Assembly: GCA_025786725.1 (NCBI GenBank)
Contig: JAHLTZ010000018.1
Span: 186,001 to 250,000, forward strand
Direction: 5' to 3'
DNA: 64,000 bases
Origin: Syncephalis fuscata S228
Taxonomy: Eukaryota > Fungi > Zoopagomycota
A model generated the notes under the pieces. That model saw only the letters and a program-made list of their open reading frames with translations. It was not told the DNA's origin and ran no database searches. Position 1 is the first letter of the stretch; the number at the start of each line of letters is the position of its first letter. Both the position numbers and the translations under genes were made by a program. Shown here in pieces: positions 23,653-37,852 of this stretch.

Positions 23653-26600
23653 ATGTCAAATTCGTTAGATAGACGTCGGACGCTGTATCGTCCGGAACGT
23701 AATGTAGGACCGGCTCCTATGCTGAGTGGTCCTACAGAACGTAAAGCTTTTGATCCATGGGTACTCTTCTCAAGAATCGTGACGTTTTGGGCACCTGGTG
23801 TTCTATTAAAATCATGTGGCCTGCCCGATAAAGCTGTTCAACAGGCCTGGAGAGAGAAATTCGGCCTTTGTTTTATCATTGCTATTCTATGTGCTATCGT
23901 GGCTTTTCTGACCCTTGCACTTCCACAGACGCTGTGTCCAAGTAATGTATCCAGTTCACGAGCTGGTGTTGAATGGGGTGCAGCGAAAGGTGGCGATAGT
24001 AACGTTGTTGGTATTTATGGTGAAGCTTATTATATCAGCTCTAATACAGCACCAGTTGCCGATTTACCACTTACAACTGTCAAAACTGGTACTGATATTA
24101 CGTATATCTTCCAGCAACAGCCAACATCTGCTGCTTGCACTAAAGCAACCAAATATAGCGCAGTAACATTTGATGTTTGTTTGGCACAGAATAAGCTGCC
24201 TGGTCAATGTTCACAGTCGCTTTTTAAACAAGCTACTGCTTCGTTGAATATAGCCTATGCCGGAAAAGATATGTCTATTGGCTATAACTGGGACCATCTT
24301 GAAAAAGACGAGTTGAAAAACTATTTTGTCTACAATGGCCAGGTACTTAACCTTGGGCCGTATCTGCTGGCCAATCCAAATCCGATCGCTGGTGATCAAA
24401 TGGACGTGGCTATTCGTCAACTTACCGTTAAACGAGTTGGACCAGGTGGCAAGGACGGCACCATGGCCTTTAACGTCAATAAGAATTTAAAGGGCGGCGC
24501 CGAATGTCTGGTTAGCAAGTACAAAGCCGGTATTCTTGACAAAGATACTGTAGGCTGTTTTGCATCACAGTTCTTCTTGGTTATTTCATTAACAGTGGTA
24601 TTGGGCATTGTTATGGCACGTTTCACTATGGCCATCACTTTTGATTGGTTTATTTCTCATCGTTTGGCCCGTCAGCCTAAACTGCCACCTGGTGGTGGTG
24701 CCAGTGTAGCTGCGGTATGGGTGGTGCCGGTGAACACTCACTTCAAGCGGCTCCTTGGGCTCAACGCGGTGCTGGTGCCAATGGCCAATCATCTGGCGCT
24801 GGTGGACTTGGTCCATTGATGAAAAAAATACCCGATGCTACATCCGAACTATACACTATTCTCCTAGTTACCTGCTACTCAGAAGGTGAAGCATCCCTTC
24901 GTTGCACCATTGAATCGCTTGCCGAAACTGAATACGGTGATGACCATAAGTTGCTATTTATTATTGCCGATGGCATTATTACTGGTTCAGGTGAAGACCG
25001 TTCCACACCCGATATCTGTTTGGATATGATTGAAGTCGATCCGGAATTTGCCGATCCACAACCTGTCTCTTATCTGGCCATTGCTGCTGGTGCTAAACAG
25101 CATAATATGGCCAAGGTCCATGCTGGCCATTTCGTGCATAAAGGCCACCGCGTACCCACTGTACTAGTCGTTAAGTGTGGTACACCATCTGAACAAAGCA
25201 GTGCCGCCAAGCCTGGTAATCGTGGTAAACGCGACTCACAGATCATTCTTATGAACTTCTTCTCGCGTGTTATCTACAACGAACGCATGTGCCCACTCGA
25301 CTACGATCTATTCCGTAAAGTAACCCATCTTATGGGCATTACGCCAGACTACTTTGAAACAGTACTTATGGTCGATGCCGACACCAAAGTCTATCCCGAC
25401 TCACTACGTTTATTGATCAACTGTGTTCAAAACGATCCAATGATTATGGGTCTATGTGGTGAAACGAAGATTGCTAACAAACGTCAATCGTGGGTCACTG
25501 GTATTCAAGTATTTGAATATTACATTTCACATCATTTGGGCAAGGCATTTGAATCTGTATTTGGTGGTGTTACTTGTCTACCCGGCTGTTCTGCATGTAT
25601 CGACTTAAAGCACGTAAAGGACCTGATGACTGGGTACCCATTATTACTAAGCCAGAGATTGTTCAAGAATACGCATCCAATGTCGTTGATACACTACATC
25701 AAAAGAATCTATTGCTATTGGGTGAAGATCGCTTCCTGACTACACTTATGTTACGTAATTTCCCCAGCCGTAAAATGATGTTTGTACCACAATCGGTGTG
25801 TAAAACGGTTGTGCCTGATGAATTCAAAGTATTACTGTCACAACGTCGTCGCTGGATTAACTCAACTATTCACAATCTAATGGAACTCGTACTTGTGCGC
25901 AATCTATGCGGTATTTTCTGCTTCTCTATGCAATTTGTTATTTTCATGGAATTGATCGGTACTGTTGTACTGCCTGTCGCTATTATTATGACCTACTATT
26001 TGATTATTAATATTGCGATGCAAGAATTCAACTCATTTACCAGTTATATGCCGTTGATTATGCTTATCGCCGTATTGGGCCTACCGGGTATTCTAATTCT
26101 TATTACTACGCGCAAGGTGATCTACTGTGCCTGGATGGGGTCTATTTATTAGCGCTGCCTATTTGGAACTTTGTGTTGCCCGTCTATGCTTACTGGCACT
26201 TTGACGACTTCTCGTGGGGTGAAACCCGTAAGGTCGAAGGTGAAGTTAAAGGTGACGACCACGGCAAGAAAGAGGGCGAATTCGATGCATCATCGGTGCC
26301 GCTTAAACGTTGGGAAGACTATGAGCGTCGTCGTATGCGTGAGCAAAAGCGTAAAGACCAATTGGGCGGTGCTGTTCATAATGGTAGTGACAATGGCAAC
26401 TATGCAAATGAAGCTTATTACCAAAAGACGACCTATGCTCCATCTGATCTAGGTGCAGAACAACAGCCATATGACTATGAACGACCAGGTGGTGGTCTAC
26501 TTAATAACAATGGTAATGGTAATGGTGGCAGTAGTATACATATGCCATCATCACAAGCACCATCAGCAGCTGATTATTATCCACCACCTGTTCCATCTGG

Positions 26601-26763
26601 TCAACAACAACAACAACACTATCAATATCAACAACAAGATATGCATAGTCAACACTATCAATCTACAGGTAATAATGGTAGTGGACATTATGAAACAACA
26701 ACACATCATTATCAGTCATCTAATCAGGTGCCACCTCCACCTCCACCAAAACATTATCAGTAA
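23653..26763 (+). CDS. chitin synthase, division 2 (class IV-like, no myosin motor); three apparent 1-nt deletions
   Basis: [79 protein letters not shown]. The frame is restored by single-base additions near 24713, 25590 and 26140. Confidence 0.95.
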
Positions 26764-27077
26764 TGATGTGTTATTATTATTGCTTTTATGTTGTTGTTGT
26801 TGTCAACCTTTTATCTTTCTTTTCCGCGTATGCTCTTTGATTATGCTTTCTTCTTCTTTTCCATTTTTATTTTGGTAAAAGATAAAAGCTTTCATTCTTT
26901 CATTCATTTATCTAAATACAACAGAGTTACACACACATACATTTATACATTTATACATTTATATATATTATATATATATGGATTAATAGAGTCAAACAAA
27001 GTAACAATGATAAAATATGGTCTTTTAGTATTGTTAAACACCGTATGTATTTAGTAAAACTTTTCTTGGTCAAACAA

Positions 27078-29283
27078 TTACTCCATGCCCTGATAAAGAT
27101 GAATAGTCGATTGTATAGATTAAATAATATAAATATAATTAGTTAGTATATGATAAAACGTAATATTAATATTAACATTATTTATAGTTATTTACCTCCA
27201 TGCCTTCCGGTGCACCACCGTCTTCCATTGGAGCAGGACCGGCAGCGGCAGCAGCAGCAGCACTACCACCACCACGAGAAACACCGGATACAATATCGTC
27301 TACGCGTAGCAATAAACAGGCCGACTAATTATATCATTAATAAAGTATTGTTAATATTAAAAGTTATTAGTTAATTATTCTGTTGATAGCTGATCATTCA
27401 CTTACCTCAATAGCTGTCTTAATTGTTTGCACTTTAACGGCATATGGTTCCCAAATACCATGTTGTTCCATATCAACAACAGTGCCAGCACAACCGTCAA
27501 TGCCCCATGTATGATTGCCATTGGCATGTTGAGCCTAAATAACATTAATAATATTATTATTAAGTAATTAATATTCATATATAATACTTACTCTTAATTG
27601 AGTCAATATTTTAATAGGATTGCCACCGCAGTTTTGAATCAAAGTACGTGGAATAACTTCCATAGCATCAGCTACACCGGCATATGGCCATTGTTCGACA
27701 CCTTCAATTGATTTGGCAAGTTCTCCCAGCTTGACACTGACGGCCATTTCAGTGGCACCACCACCAGGCAATAGACGTGGATCAAAGAATACATTGCGTG
27801 CTACACACATAGCATCTTGCAAATTACGCTCGACTTCGTTAATAATATCTTTTGATGGACCACGTAGCATAATCGTGCAGGCCTTTGGATCTTTGCATCC
27901 AGTCAAGAAGGTAAAGTATCTAGATAAACAAGTTAATAAACTATCCATATATATATATATATCATTATATACACTTACTCATCTCCAATCTTGTCAACGT
28001 TAAATAGACCGCATCGTGTGCCTACGTCCGATTCCTTTAGATCTTCAACTCGATTAACAATAGTGGCACCGGTAGCACGAGCAATACGGTTGTTATCGGT
28101 CTTACGCATACGGCGCAATACAGTAATATTGGCCTTTAGCAAATAGTGCTGTGCCAAATCTAATATATTCTATTAGTAACTTATACTATTATTTATGTAT
28201 ATAGCCGTAATAGCTTACCAGATACACCCTTTTCCGTAATAACTAGATCTGGCTTAAGAGCGATAATGTTATCGCAGAGCACTTGAATCTGCTCTTCTTC
28301 AATCTGCAACAAACGATTCCAGTGCGCCTCATCTGTCACTTCAATGTTTGTTTGACTTTCTCCCTTCTTGTATTCAAGAGGACAGTCAAGCAGTAGAATA
28401 CGTGGATTCTCAATGCGACGACGCATCTTTGGATGGGTAACATCTTTGTTAATCATAACACCGTCTAGAACGCAGCAGTCTTCAATCTCGCCACCTGGAA
28501 TCTTTTCCACACGGGCATAGCGTTTGATGTCTACTTCACGACGACGTCCCTCGCCTTCGCCTTCTTCAGATGCCACAGTACGCACGGCTTTAAGTGCAAG
28601 ACGGCACATAAGATCACTCCAGCGGCTAACAAACTTGGTGCCAATGGTTGAGCTGATCAAACGTAGCATTTCTTCTTCGTTGTCGACATTGACCGACTTT
28701 GAAATGCTGTTCAACACTTGGATAGCATCTTCCAAGGCCTGTTTATACGCCTTGATAATTACAATAGGATGAATATTACGATCAAGATGATCGACTGACG
28801 TGGCCAAGACTTCACCGGCCAGGACGATAACTGACGTAGTACCATCGCCTACTTCTTCATCTTGCGTACGGCTTAGCTCAATCATGCTTTTAGCGGCTGG
28901 ATGAGCTACTTCAACTTCACGAAGAATTGCATTGCCGTCATTGGTAAGAAGAATGCCGCCCATAGGATCTAGCAACATCTTGAGCATAGATCGAGGACCC
29001 AAACAAGTACGAATAACATCGGCGACCGTCTACGTACACATGCGTTAGTTAGCTAGCTAAAGCTCTATCGACTCGATGCGCTGATGGCAAGATCATCGTC
29101 TTCATCGCAGCATCGTCATCGTCATCGTCATCGCGGCTTAACCTACCTTGGCGGCTGTGATGTTGGAGAGCTGGGCCTTGCGACCTGTCTCGCGCTCTAC
29201 CTTAGTATCTAGTAAACCAGTTAGATCTCTAAGCCAAATGCATAGATCAAACACTTACTCATTACAAGTACTGGAGTCGACAT
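27078..29283 (-). CDS. CCT3: T-complex protein 1 subunit gamma (chaperonin CCT3)
   Basis: TNDGNAILRE, QDEEVGDGTTSV, LEYKKGESQT, RMRKTDNNRIARATGA, LLLRVDDIVSG; multi-exon; last exon probably GME* ending at 27078. Confidence 0.96.
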
Positions 29284-29491
29284 ATTGATAGAAGATCAAG
29301 TGGAATACCAAGCAATAGAATAATAACAGCAACACCAGGTAAAAGATAAAGAGAGGAGAATGTACGCGTGTGGGCGGATGAATTGAATTGATATGAATAT
29401 TAGAAGCAAATTGATGACGACAAGAAAAAAGACTCCACTTTCTCTCTCATAATAGTGTGCAGTAGAAGCACCAAAATAGTTTATTGATAGA

Positions 29492-29931
29492 ATGACAGCT
29501 GCCACTACAACTACAGGTCTAAGACGTATTCTGGTATGATAATACAAATAGTTGTTGTAATTAACTATACTTACAGTTATTACTGTTTAATTGCTGCAAT
29601 AGTTAGTAGGATTAGGCAATTATGGTATGGATAGTACGCGACATAATGTCGGCTCATACTGGCTTCAGCATATTGCACACCAGTCTGGTTTATTCTGGAA
29701 GGAGCACCGTGGCGTAGGCTGTGATCTAGCCGAGGCTATATGGACGCCTATGATGCCAGCTCAGCTTATTCGCCATTCTACGCCATCAACTACGTCGCTG
29801 GCAACAACGACAACTCATCCAGAACAATGGCACATAACACTAGCAATACCACATGGTTATATGAATGTTATAGGAAACCGAGTGGCGCGAACAAGTAAGT
29901 TAATATACATAACAATTAACTAACAGTCAAC

Positions 29932-29980
<49 letters not shown>

Positions 29981-30457
29981 GTTTATAATGTAATATAAAG
30001 TGAAAGTGTTAAAACTAGCACCAAGTAATCTTTTAATTGTTCATGATGATTTGGAACGACCTCTTGGTAAAGTATCTTTAAAAAACGGAGGAAGTGCCAA
30101 GTAGGTAAATAATATAATATAATATAATATAATTAAATAATACTATTTAGTGGTCATAATGGCGTCAAATCAATCATTGAAGAGATTCACACTGAAGTAA
30201 GCTGTATGTTTATTTTAATCAATTATTTGTTAAATACTGCCATTACTATTTAATAGAAATTCCGTCGATTACGTCTTGGAATTGATCGACCAAAATCGCG
30301 AGATTTTAATAGTGTAGCTAAATATGTACTAAATCCTTTACGCAGCCATGAAAAGAATACCTTAGAGGCATCTTTTCCATTAGCATTTGCCAATCTATTA
30401 ACGGTTATTAGTGAACAAGAACAATTAATAGCCACGTCTAAGCCGTCTACTCCTTAA
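29492..30457 (+). CDS. PTH1: peptidyl-tRNA hydrolase (Pth1 type, probably mitochondrial)
   Basis: Spliced exons give VGLGNYG..TRHNVG, YMNVIG, VHDDLERPLGKV..KNGGSA/GHNGVKSI and RRLRLGIDRP. Confidence 0.92.
29932..29978. repeat. (AAT)n microsatellite in an intron
   Basis: Direct reading; a similar tract lies at 17946-17980. Confidence 0.9.
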
Positions 30458-30670
30458 TAGTTACACTATTAGAATAAAGCAATGTCAAATTAATTAATTA
30501 AATAAATCAGATCAGATTAAAAGCGAATCAGTATAATAATCAATAGTGATGTCATCACATATTAATACTTACACTTTTTACTCCTTGATAATCTTTTGCG
30601 TTCATCTTGACGACTCATTTCTTTATAAACACAGAAGCACTGCTCAAATCCTTCGCATTATTATATTACT

Positions 30671-32059
30671 ATGCATGCTCTTTGTTGTTCCAGAATAGCG
30701 GCATTGCACTTGTCGGGAAGACGTGGCAGCTGCTTCGCGCTTAATCGCTGTGGTACGTCTTATCCACTACGCGTCGTCGTCGCTACTACACCGCGCTATC
30801 TATCGAGTAAACCAATACCAAATCCACCGTCACCGAACGATAGCAATACTTCATTCCTATCGACAAAAGGCCAGAAGCCTAATGAAGCATGGGAAACTTG
30901 GGTAAAAGAGAGATCACCAGGTGATACCTCGCCACCTGTATCGTTTCGTAAGTTATTGATAAGTGGTTACATTAGTGGTCGTTGTAACAATAATGTTAAT
31001 TAATACGGTTAAATAGCCTGGCTATTTACAAGTGCACCAGTTGTTTATCAGCCATTTCCATACCGTCTTACCTACCTGCCGCATCAATGGCTGCACTGGA
31101 TACCAACAAGTTTCTACCACGCTCTTAGTCGATCATTGGTGATGACTTATCTTGCACAAGCCACCGGAAGAGAATATCTTGGCGACCAATTTTTATATGG
31201 AGGTAGGGCAAAGTGATACCAATAGCAATAATAAAAAACTTGAACTAATGTTATTGATAAATAAATAGTCTCGCTCATTGCTAGTCGACTGTTTCGAGCG
31301 ATATCCGAAAAAAACGAAAAGGATTTGGAAAGCTATTTGATGAAACCATTGCGTGAACGCATCTTAAAAGAACTCGATGGCATTAAAGCTTCTGGGCACG
31401 AACTACAAGTTTATGTACCGCGTGTACATGACTGTGTCATTAGCGATGCATGGATGTGGGCAGGATATAGTGCGGCATTTGAGAATGGCCTATTTGCAAG
31501 TGTAAAGCGGCCATCGAATAAAGGCGACGGCAATACTGACACGTCACATACACGACTACATACAAATGAATACAACTCAAATATTTTAGAACTAGCCACG
31601 ATATTTATTGGGCTAAATCAACGGCCAACGCCCGATAATGCACAAGAGCTTGTAAAGAACGCGGTAAAGGATGGTGCCAAATTTCGTTTAGATGTAGAAG
31701 TCGACCTGGAGCTGCATTGGCGTGTGACGCATTCACTACTTGATGGCAATATTGCATCGAATATCATTACTGGTGCAGACATTAAATCGACATCGACAAA
31801 CGATGCTCAACATAACAAGATTCATACTGATGATGATGCTGACAAGAATGAAGGCATGGATCGCGATGCAGTACGTGGCTTAGTGGCCGAGGGTGGACGT
31901 CGGCGTACACTGACCATTTCACTTGATACACCATGGTTTCGGCCTACAACACAAATGCTAGAGCTATGGGGCAAGGAGAACCAGCCTAGCGATTGGCAAT
32001 GGAAGATTAGCGATGTGGACTTTTTGTTACGTGAAGAAGAGCTTGAAATGCACAAATAA
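30671..32059 (+). CDS. hypothetical protein with a mitochondrial-presequence-like N-terminus
   Basis: Arg-rich, acid-free N-terminus (..TTPRYLSSK); introns near 30948-31017 and 31203-31268; long last exon ending WQWKISDVDFLL. Confidence 0.65.
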
Positions 32060-32109
32060 TTAAATAACTAATAAATATTAATTAGATAAATATTAACAAT
32101 CAAACCATT

Positions 32110-32633
32110 TAATTATAGTGTGGTTTGGTGGTCAATTAACTACATATAGTAACACCCAATCTATTGAACACGATGATGGATGGTAAGTGACATCCATCAT
32201 CAAAATGCTCATCATTACAGATTTATTATTCAGTATGCATATACCTAGTATACATATAAAATTACCATTGTATATTGCTTTATCGTATAGTAGTCACACG
32301 CTATTCAAAGCCGTTGTTATTTTGTCACTAACTCTATATTTATAAATTCCAACTCATCCCGCTCATTTTCTCAATGGCTATATGCGCTATAACTTCAAAA
32401 GTGTTTTAAACTATATAAATAATATAATGCAGCCTGTATATGATCAAATAGCATAAGTAATAAAAGTATGCAATGAGAACGATATGAATGGATAGAGGAC
32501 ATATGCGTACAGACTAATTAATATACGATAATGAGTATTTTGATGATTGACGTCGCTCACCACCCAGTTTCATGTTCACTATAAAGAATGTTATTGAATA
32601 TAGTCATTTGACCACTAAATCATTAATAGATTA
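32110..32633. mobile_element. MITE-like non-autonomous element with ~95-100-bp degenerate terminal inverted repeats
   Basis: Left TTTGGTGGTCAATTAACTAC...TGAACACGATGATGGATGGTAAGTGACATCCATCATCAAAATGCTCAT matches the reverse complement of 32531-32622; partial copies lie at 50045-50130, 50160-50420 and 22108-22130. Confidence 0.7.
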
Positions 32634-32809
32634 TTTCATACCAATGTAATTAATGTGCAATAATAGTAATATAATTTTATGTCAAATTGACCAACGAAAT
32701 AAAAATAGAAATTAAGCAAACACATTAGGTCGTTGTTATCATCATTCGTTATTAATTAAAACGTTAATAATAATGATAATGTGTGCGTATCATCGATAAG
32801 TTATGCAAT

Positions 32810-34270
32810 CTATCGTCGCTTGTCACAGCTGTAAGTACGCTTGGATGGATCTTTTGGAATCCAGCCTTGCTCGACTCCCTTCAAGTAGCTCCACTGTGGC
32901 TCGCGTTCAGTCTTGAAGTTCCAGAAGAACCAGCCGGCACCGGCTTCAAAGGTATCCATCTGGACTTCAGTGAAACGTTTAAGCCATTGGCGGTATTGAG
33001 GAGTGAAGTAGCGAATGTCATGGTCATAGACACAGGTGTTGCCAGGATGGACTGGTACACCATTGCGTGATGGGATGGTGCCATCCCAACGAGAACCAAT
33101 GTTGAATCCATTAAGCCACTGAGCGCAGTCAGTAACGGCAAGTGACCATTCGCCAGTAATAGTATCGACTATGGTTTGTGAGCGTTCAATGTCGCGCTTA
33201 ATGTTGCAGCTATGCTCCAAGTGCTCATCTTCTGACTTTTTAATAATATCGTCGACAAATACGTGATAGACATGCGTGTCAAGAATGACATCGGTATTGT
33301 TGTATGGTTTTACAAAATCCTCCCATTGGTTGAGGGGAAGGAAAGCGTCGTGAATAGCGACAGTACGACCCGGTTGGTTGCGCTGAACGATAGCACGACC
33401 GTCACGGTAGAATTGGCGCACCTTATTCATATCAAGGGCCCAGTTGGCTGGTTCGTTAACTAGCTGAACACTCGTTACTTGTGGGTATTTTGATGCAGGG
33501 AACATGGCTGAAAGCTGGTCGATCGCGTTAAGCGTGCGCTTGACGTAGTCGGGATTTTGTTGCCAATTAACTGGGCCCTTTTTGCCGCTATTGTCAAAGC
33601 CGTTCTGAGAGCCTGGAGTGCCGTGCAAATCAATCATTACCTTCATGTTATAAGCCGATGCCCAACTGACTGCTTTGAACAAATAGGGAATATGGCCTTG
33701 GACCCATGGCTCATCACGCGCTACATTGACGGCCCAGTAACCAATGGGAATACGTACATGATTGATACCAGCATTGGCCAATTTGCGGAAATCGTCTTCG
33801 GTAACCCAAGTATCCCAATGGGCTCGTAGCTGGCGTTTAGCTTCTTCACGGCCAAGCTTTTCGCAAAAAGTCCACTCATCAACAGCTTGGTCCTTTTCCG
33901 GAACAGTCAAGAATTGTTCGAATAAACTAGGTGTGATCCCTGGTAATCAATAATTAATTAGCTGTGATATTTAGATAGTAGGTTTTTGTTACTTACATGG
34001 CTCCAAAACTAACCAGCCACCAAGATTAACACCGCGGATCTTGTCATTGCCCGTGTATTTTGATTTCTTAGCTGTTGTATGTGTCTGTGGAATGGCCGGC
34101 TGACTAACTGGCGCGTGTGCCTGTGGAGTGGCCGATTGACTAGGTGTTGCGTGTGCCTGTGGCTTGGTTTGTGCTTTAACCGGTGCTTGATGTCCTGGCG
34201 TTTGGGCGTTTACGGCGGCGACAGTCAGCAAAAGTGCTGTGATTGAAATAATACTAGAGAAATGACGCAT
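32810..34270 (-). CDS. EXG1: secreted GH5 exo-beta-1,3-glucanase (EXG1-like)
   Basis: Signal peptide, IRGVNLGGWLVLEP, one intron, RIPIGYW, IDLHGTPGSQNGFDNSG, VNEP (acid/base), DTHVYHVF, TGEWS (nucleophile), GWFFWNFKTE. Confidence 0.95.
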
Positions 34271-35038
34271 CTTAATAATTGACTAAGATAGAATTAGATA
34301 GCAATAAATAAACACTATTAAATTATTAGCGCTTTGTCAATTGTGGCCCTGCTTTAACAGTTGCAACGAATACGCTATCTACTACAGAAGCTACAGGTCC
34401 CAGTACAAAAGCAAGTAAAAGGAGATAAAGGAGTGTGCAATGAAATGAACTAGGGTGGTATAGGGGCAATGCGGCGTTTAAATAGGCAAGAATACTAGAA
34501 ACTCTACCATTGTACTCCTGAACTGTATCTGCAAATAAGGCTGCTCTGAGAACCACATGGCCACAAATTGCAGATCAAAAATAGCAGTAATGTTCATGTT
34601 TCAAATACTACATACTATGCTACATTAAACTTGTTATTTTTTTAAAAAGTCTTCATTTATACACACTATCACTAGAAGGTACTGTTTGCCTGACGGCTGC
34701 AAATGCGTTTCACCAAAAATAGCAATATAAACTATCTAGTTTTCTCTATCTATACACATCAGAAACTTTCCATTAGCATTTCAGTCTAATTTTCTACATA
34801 GATCGAAAATGACGATATAACAGAATAAAGTGTTTAATATTTGTTACAATTTATTAATTGAAGTACTATAGCTTTACAGTTTGTATTACGGAATTCGGAG
34901 CTGTAGAATATAAATTGGTACTACGCTATGGCATCCACAATGTCTTTCAAAAATTTATGACAATCGTTTTTTTACTTCATAGAATTACACATGTGCGACA
35001 CGCAGAATTAATCAATATCCGGCGTATGACCATATCAA

Positions 35039-36721
35039 CTATTGCAGTTGGGGAAGGTTGGTGCCAAGAAAAAGCCTAGATGTACGAGCTGACATTACCG
35101 GCGACGACGGCCGAGACATAGTGTTATCGCGACGTTCTGGACGATAGCCAGGCTGCCAGCCGATTTCATTTGCAACAGTGCTGTTTATGAAATAAAAGTC
35201 ATTTATAGATTGTTGCTGTGATGTGGCTAGAAAACACATATTATTGAAGAATGATAATCCAGCAAGCCCCTGCCTTGAGTAATTCGCCATGGGCGAAACT
35301 GAGGCAACTGTGTCGTCACCGGATGCAAATGACCTGTTCAAGCACTCCTCAGTCATTACTTTAACTGCAGGTGTTGTTGCTTGTAAAAGCGATTGGACAC
35401 CATTGAACTCGAAAGATTCAGCAATCAAGCGACTAATTGGGCGTGGTATCATTTGCTGCAATTTTGGCAATGCGTAATGAGTTGACGCTGATGTGGGACG
35501 CTTGTCCGTATCACCACGAGGTGTACTCTTAAGGGAATGGGCCGTAACCGCTACAGACATACATTGTGAAATAATGGTGCTACGAAACGCGTCTAGTGCC
35601 ATATGAAATTGCGCTGCTTCATCGCCATCAAAGTGGAGTCCGTGCCGCACGCCATCTAACATATGCCGCCGTAAAAAGTTTCTGTTTCTTGATTGAGCAG
35701 CTTTAGAGTTGCTGATTTTACCTGTCTCGTATCGTTAGGCCCTCCAAATGAGTTAAAACAAGCCACGTGATAGTCATGGCGGTCGGCAGCTTCGACATAC
35801 TTAAGTATACTGCCACCATAGCCATTCCAAGCATGTAAAAACATATGTATATAGCCAGCTGCCTCTGCGGGCGATGCGTCTTCTAAAATACGAATGTTAA
35901 CCGCCATAGCTCTGTTTACGTCTAATCCTTCAAGCAGTAAGCCGCCAAGCGCACCAACAACTTCTGCAGGCCAGTCTTGTCCCAATCGACGCAACATTTG
36001 TGCTATAGACGCCACACACCATCCACTGCAAAGCCAGCGCAAGCCAGAAGCCATCGATAGCAAATCAAAATCATTTGCCAATCGAACCAGCTCTGTTGCT
36101 ACAGCATGGCCTGTTGTTCGTCCCGAATATGGCGTCGAAAATCAGTATCTAGCTGCTCTTCCATCAGTACCAAGTCAGCTTCCACGTCCTTTTTAGTTCT
36201 TGGCCACCGTGATGAACCAAAAAGTGGTAAATATCCAATTATAGTAGGAATACGGGTTGATTGATTTACTTGATTTGCTTGGTTTACTGCGCTCTCATGG
36301 TCAATTGATGGCATAAAAGTAGTTGCAACATTTGGGCAGGTAAATGTGTAGTTGAGTCATTTGAGGCTGGATTACTAGATATGCTGTCAGCTGAACTGTG
36401 TGCTGGTAACATACTAGTCTCTGTCATATCTGCTGTATCTGATGCAATAAATGACAAGTCGGCCTCAGCGAAGAAGCATGCTGTTGCTGGCTGTTGTGTT
36501 GGTGATTCTATAATAGCCGATGAATTATCATGATTGCAGTTTAATGACGTACATTGATTGGTTCTCGTTATAATTGGTGTGTTTAATGATAAAGTCGATG
36601 TAGATTCTGTTGCAGACAAAGATGATTTAAGGCTGGCATTCTGTAACTGGCCATCACGCCATAGACGTAGCGCTACAACCAAGTGTAGTCTTGTTTCTAT
36701 CGATAAGATAACGTTGAGCAT
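35039..36721 (-). CDS. hypothetical protein (~560 aa) split by three apparent 1-nt frameshifts
   Basis: Four consecutive overlapping minus-strand ORFs join with single-base corrections near 36320, 36120 and 35672 (..HIR-RTTGHAVATELVRLANDF.., ..FLRRHMLDGVRH..). Confidence 0.55.
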
Positions 36722-37852
36722 GAAGATTTACTCTTTAAAGTTTCTATTGTACTATATTCATATCCAAAAACTGCCTTGCTAAAGTCGTAGACGACAGTCA
36801 AACTTAAAAGCTGGTATATTTAGCAAATTAAGAACATATAAAACAGGTAATTATAAAGATTAGACAAATAGCACAAAGACATGAGACATTAAACAAAGTA
36901 TTTGATTTGTTAGATCCCGTTGATAGTGCAGTAATTAGCGTAATTAAAATCGATTGTAAAATAAATGACATTGATTAAATTTGATGCTAGGTGACCATAT
37001 CATTTTTAAAGAAATTCATTTACATAATAATGATATTTGCTGGAAATACAAAGCAAACAAACTCTCCACACTGTGACAACATTTTTTGTAAAAATAGATA
37101 AATACTATCTTGCTAAATACTATAAAAACATTTCACTGTAAATACTTTAACTAGCCATGCTAAGATTTCTGTTTGAAGCATTGCTTAATGGCGTCACGTG
37201 GATTATTGGGCCCTTGGAGACGGTCGTTAAATTGTTGTAAAATAACACTGCACCTGTATTCCTTGACAGCAAATTATAGTAATTAGTGGACTGGTTGCTA
37301 GTTAAAACTGAATATAGTACGAATATTAATAGCATCAAAGCTGTAATGTAGCTTTTTTAACTACTAGGTATCAGCCCATATAATAAATTACTATTAGCAA
37401 TTTAGTTAATTAGTTGAATATATTAATATTTTGGTATAATTGTATAGAAAACATTACGTATTATATGCAAGTGTAGAGTAATAATTAAAGTTTAACAAAT
37501 CTATAGCGATATATCAGAACCATGGTCTATTATTAATTGGCATCGTTTTGTTTAACGGCTCATATCACTAGTGGTTAAAATTGCACAAATGAATAACTTA
37601 AACGATAGTAATAGTCTATGGATTCCTGAAAGTTTAAAAGTGTAACAGTAGTAAATAAATAAACAGCTTTTACATTGTCGTAAAAGATCAAGTTTAATAA
37701 AACAAAATGTTTAATATGAAAACATGATTCTATTCATTTGCTCAATCAACGCAACAATCCATCAATAATGACTTTGACTGCACACAGTAGTAATAATGAT
37801 GATGGCAACATTAGTAATAAAATATTAATAATGACGATATAAACACATGTAG

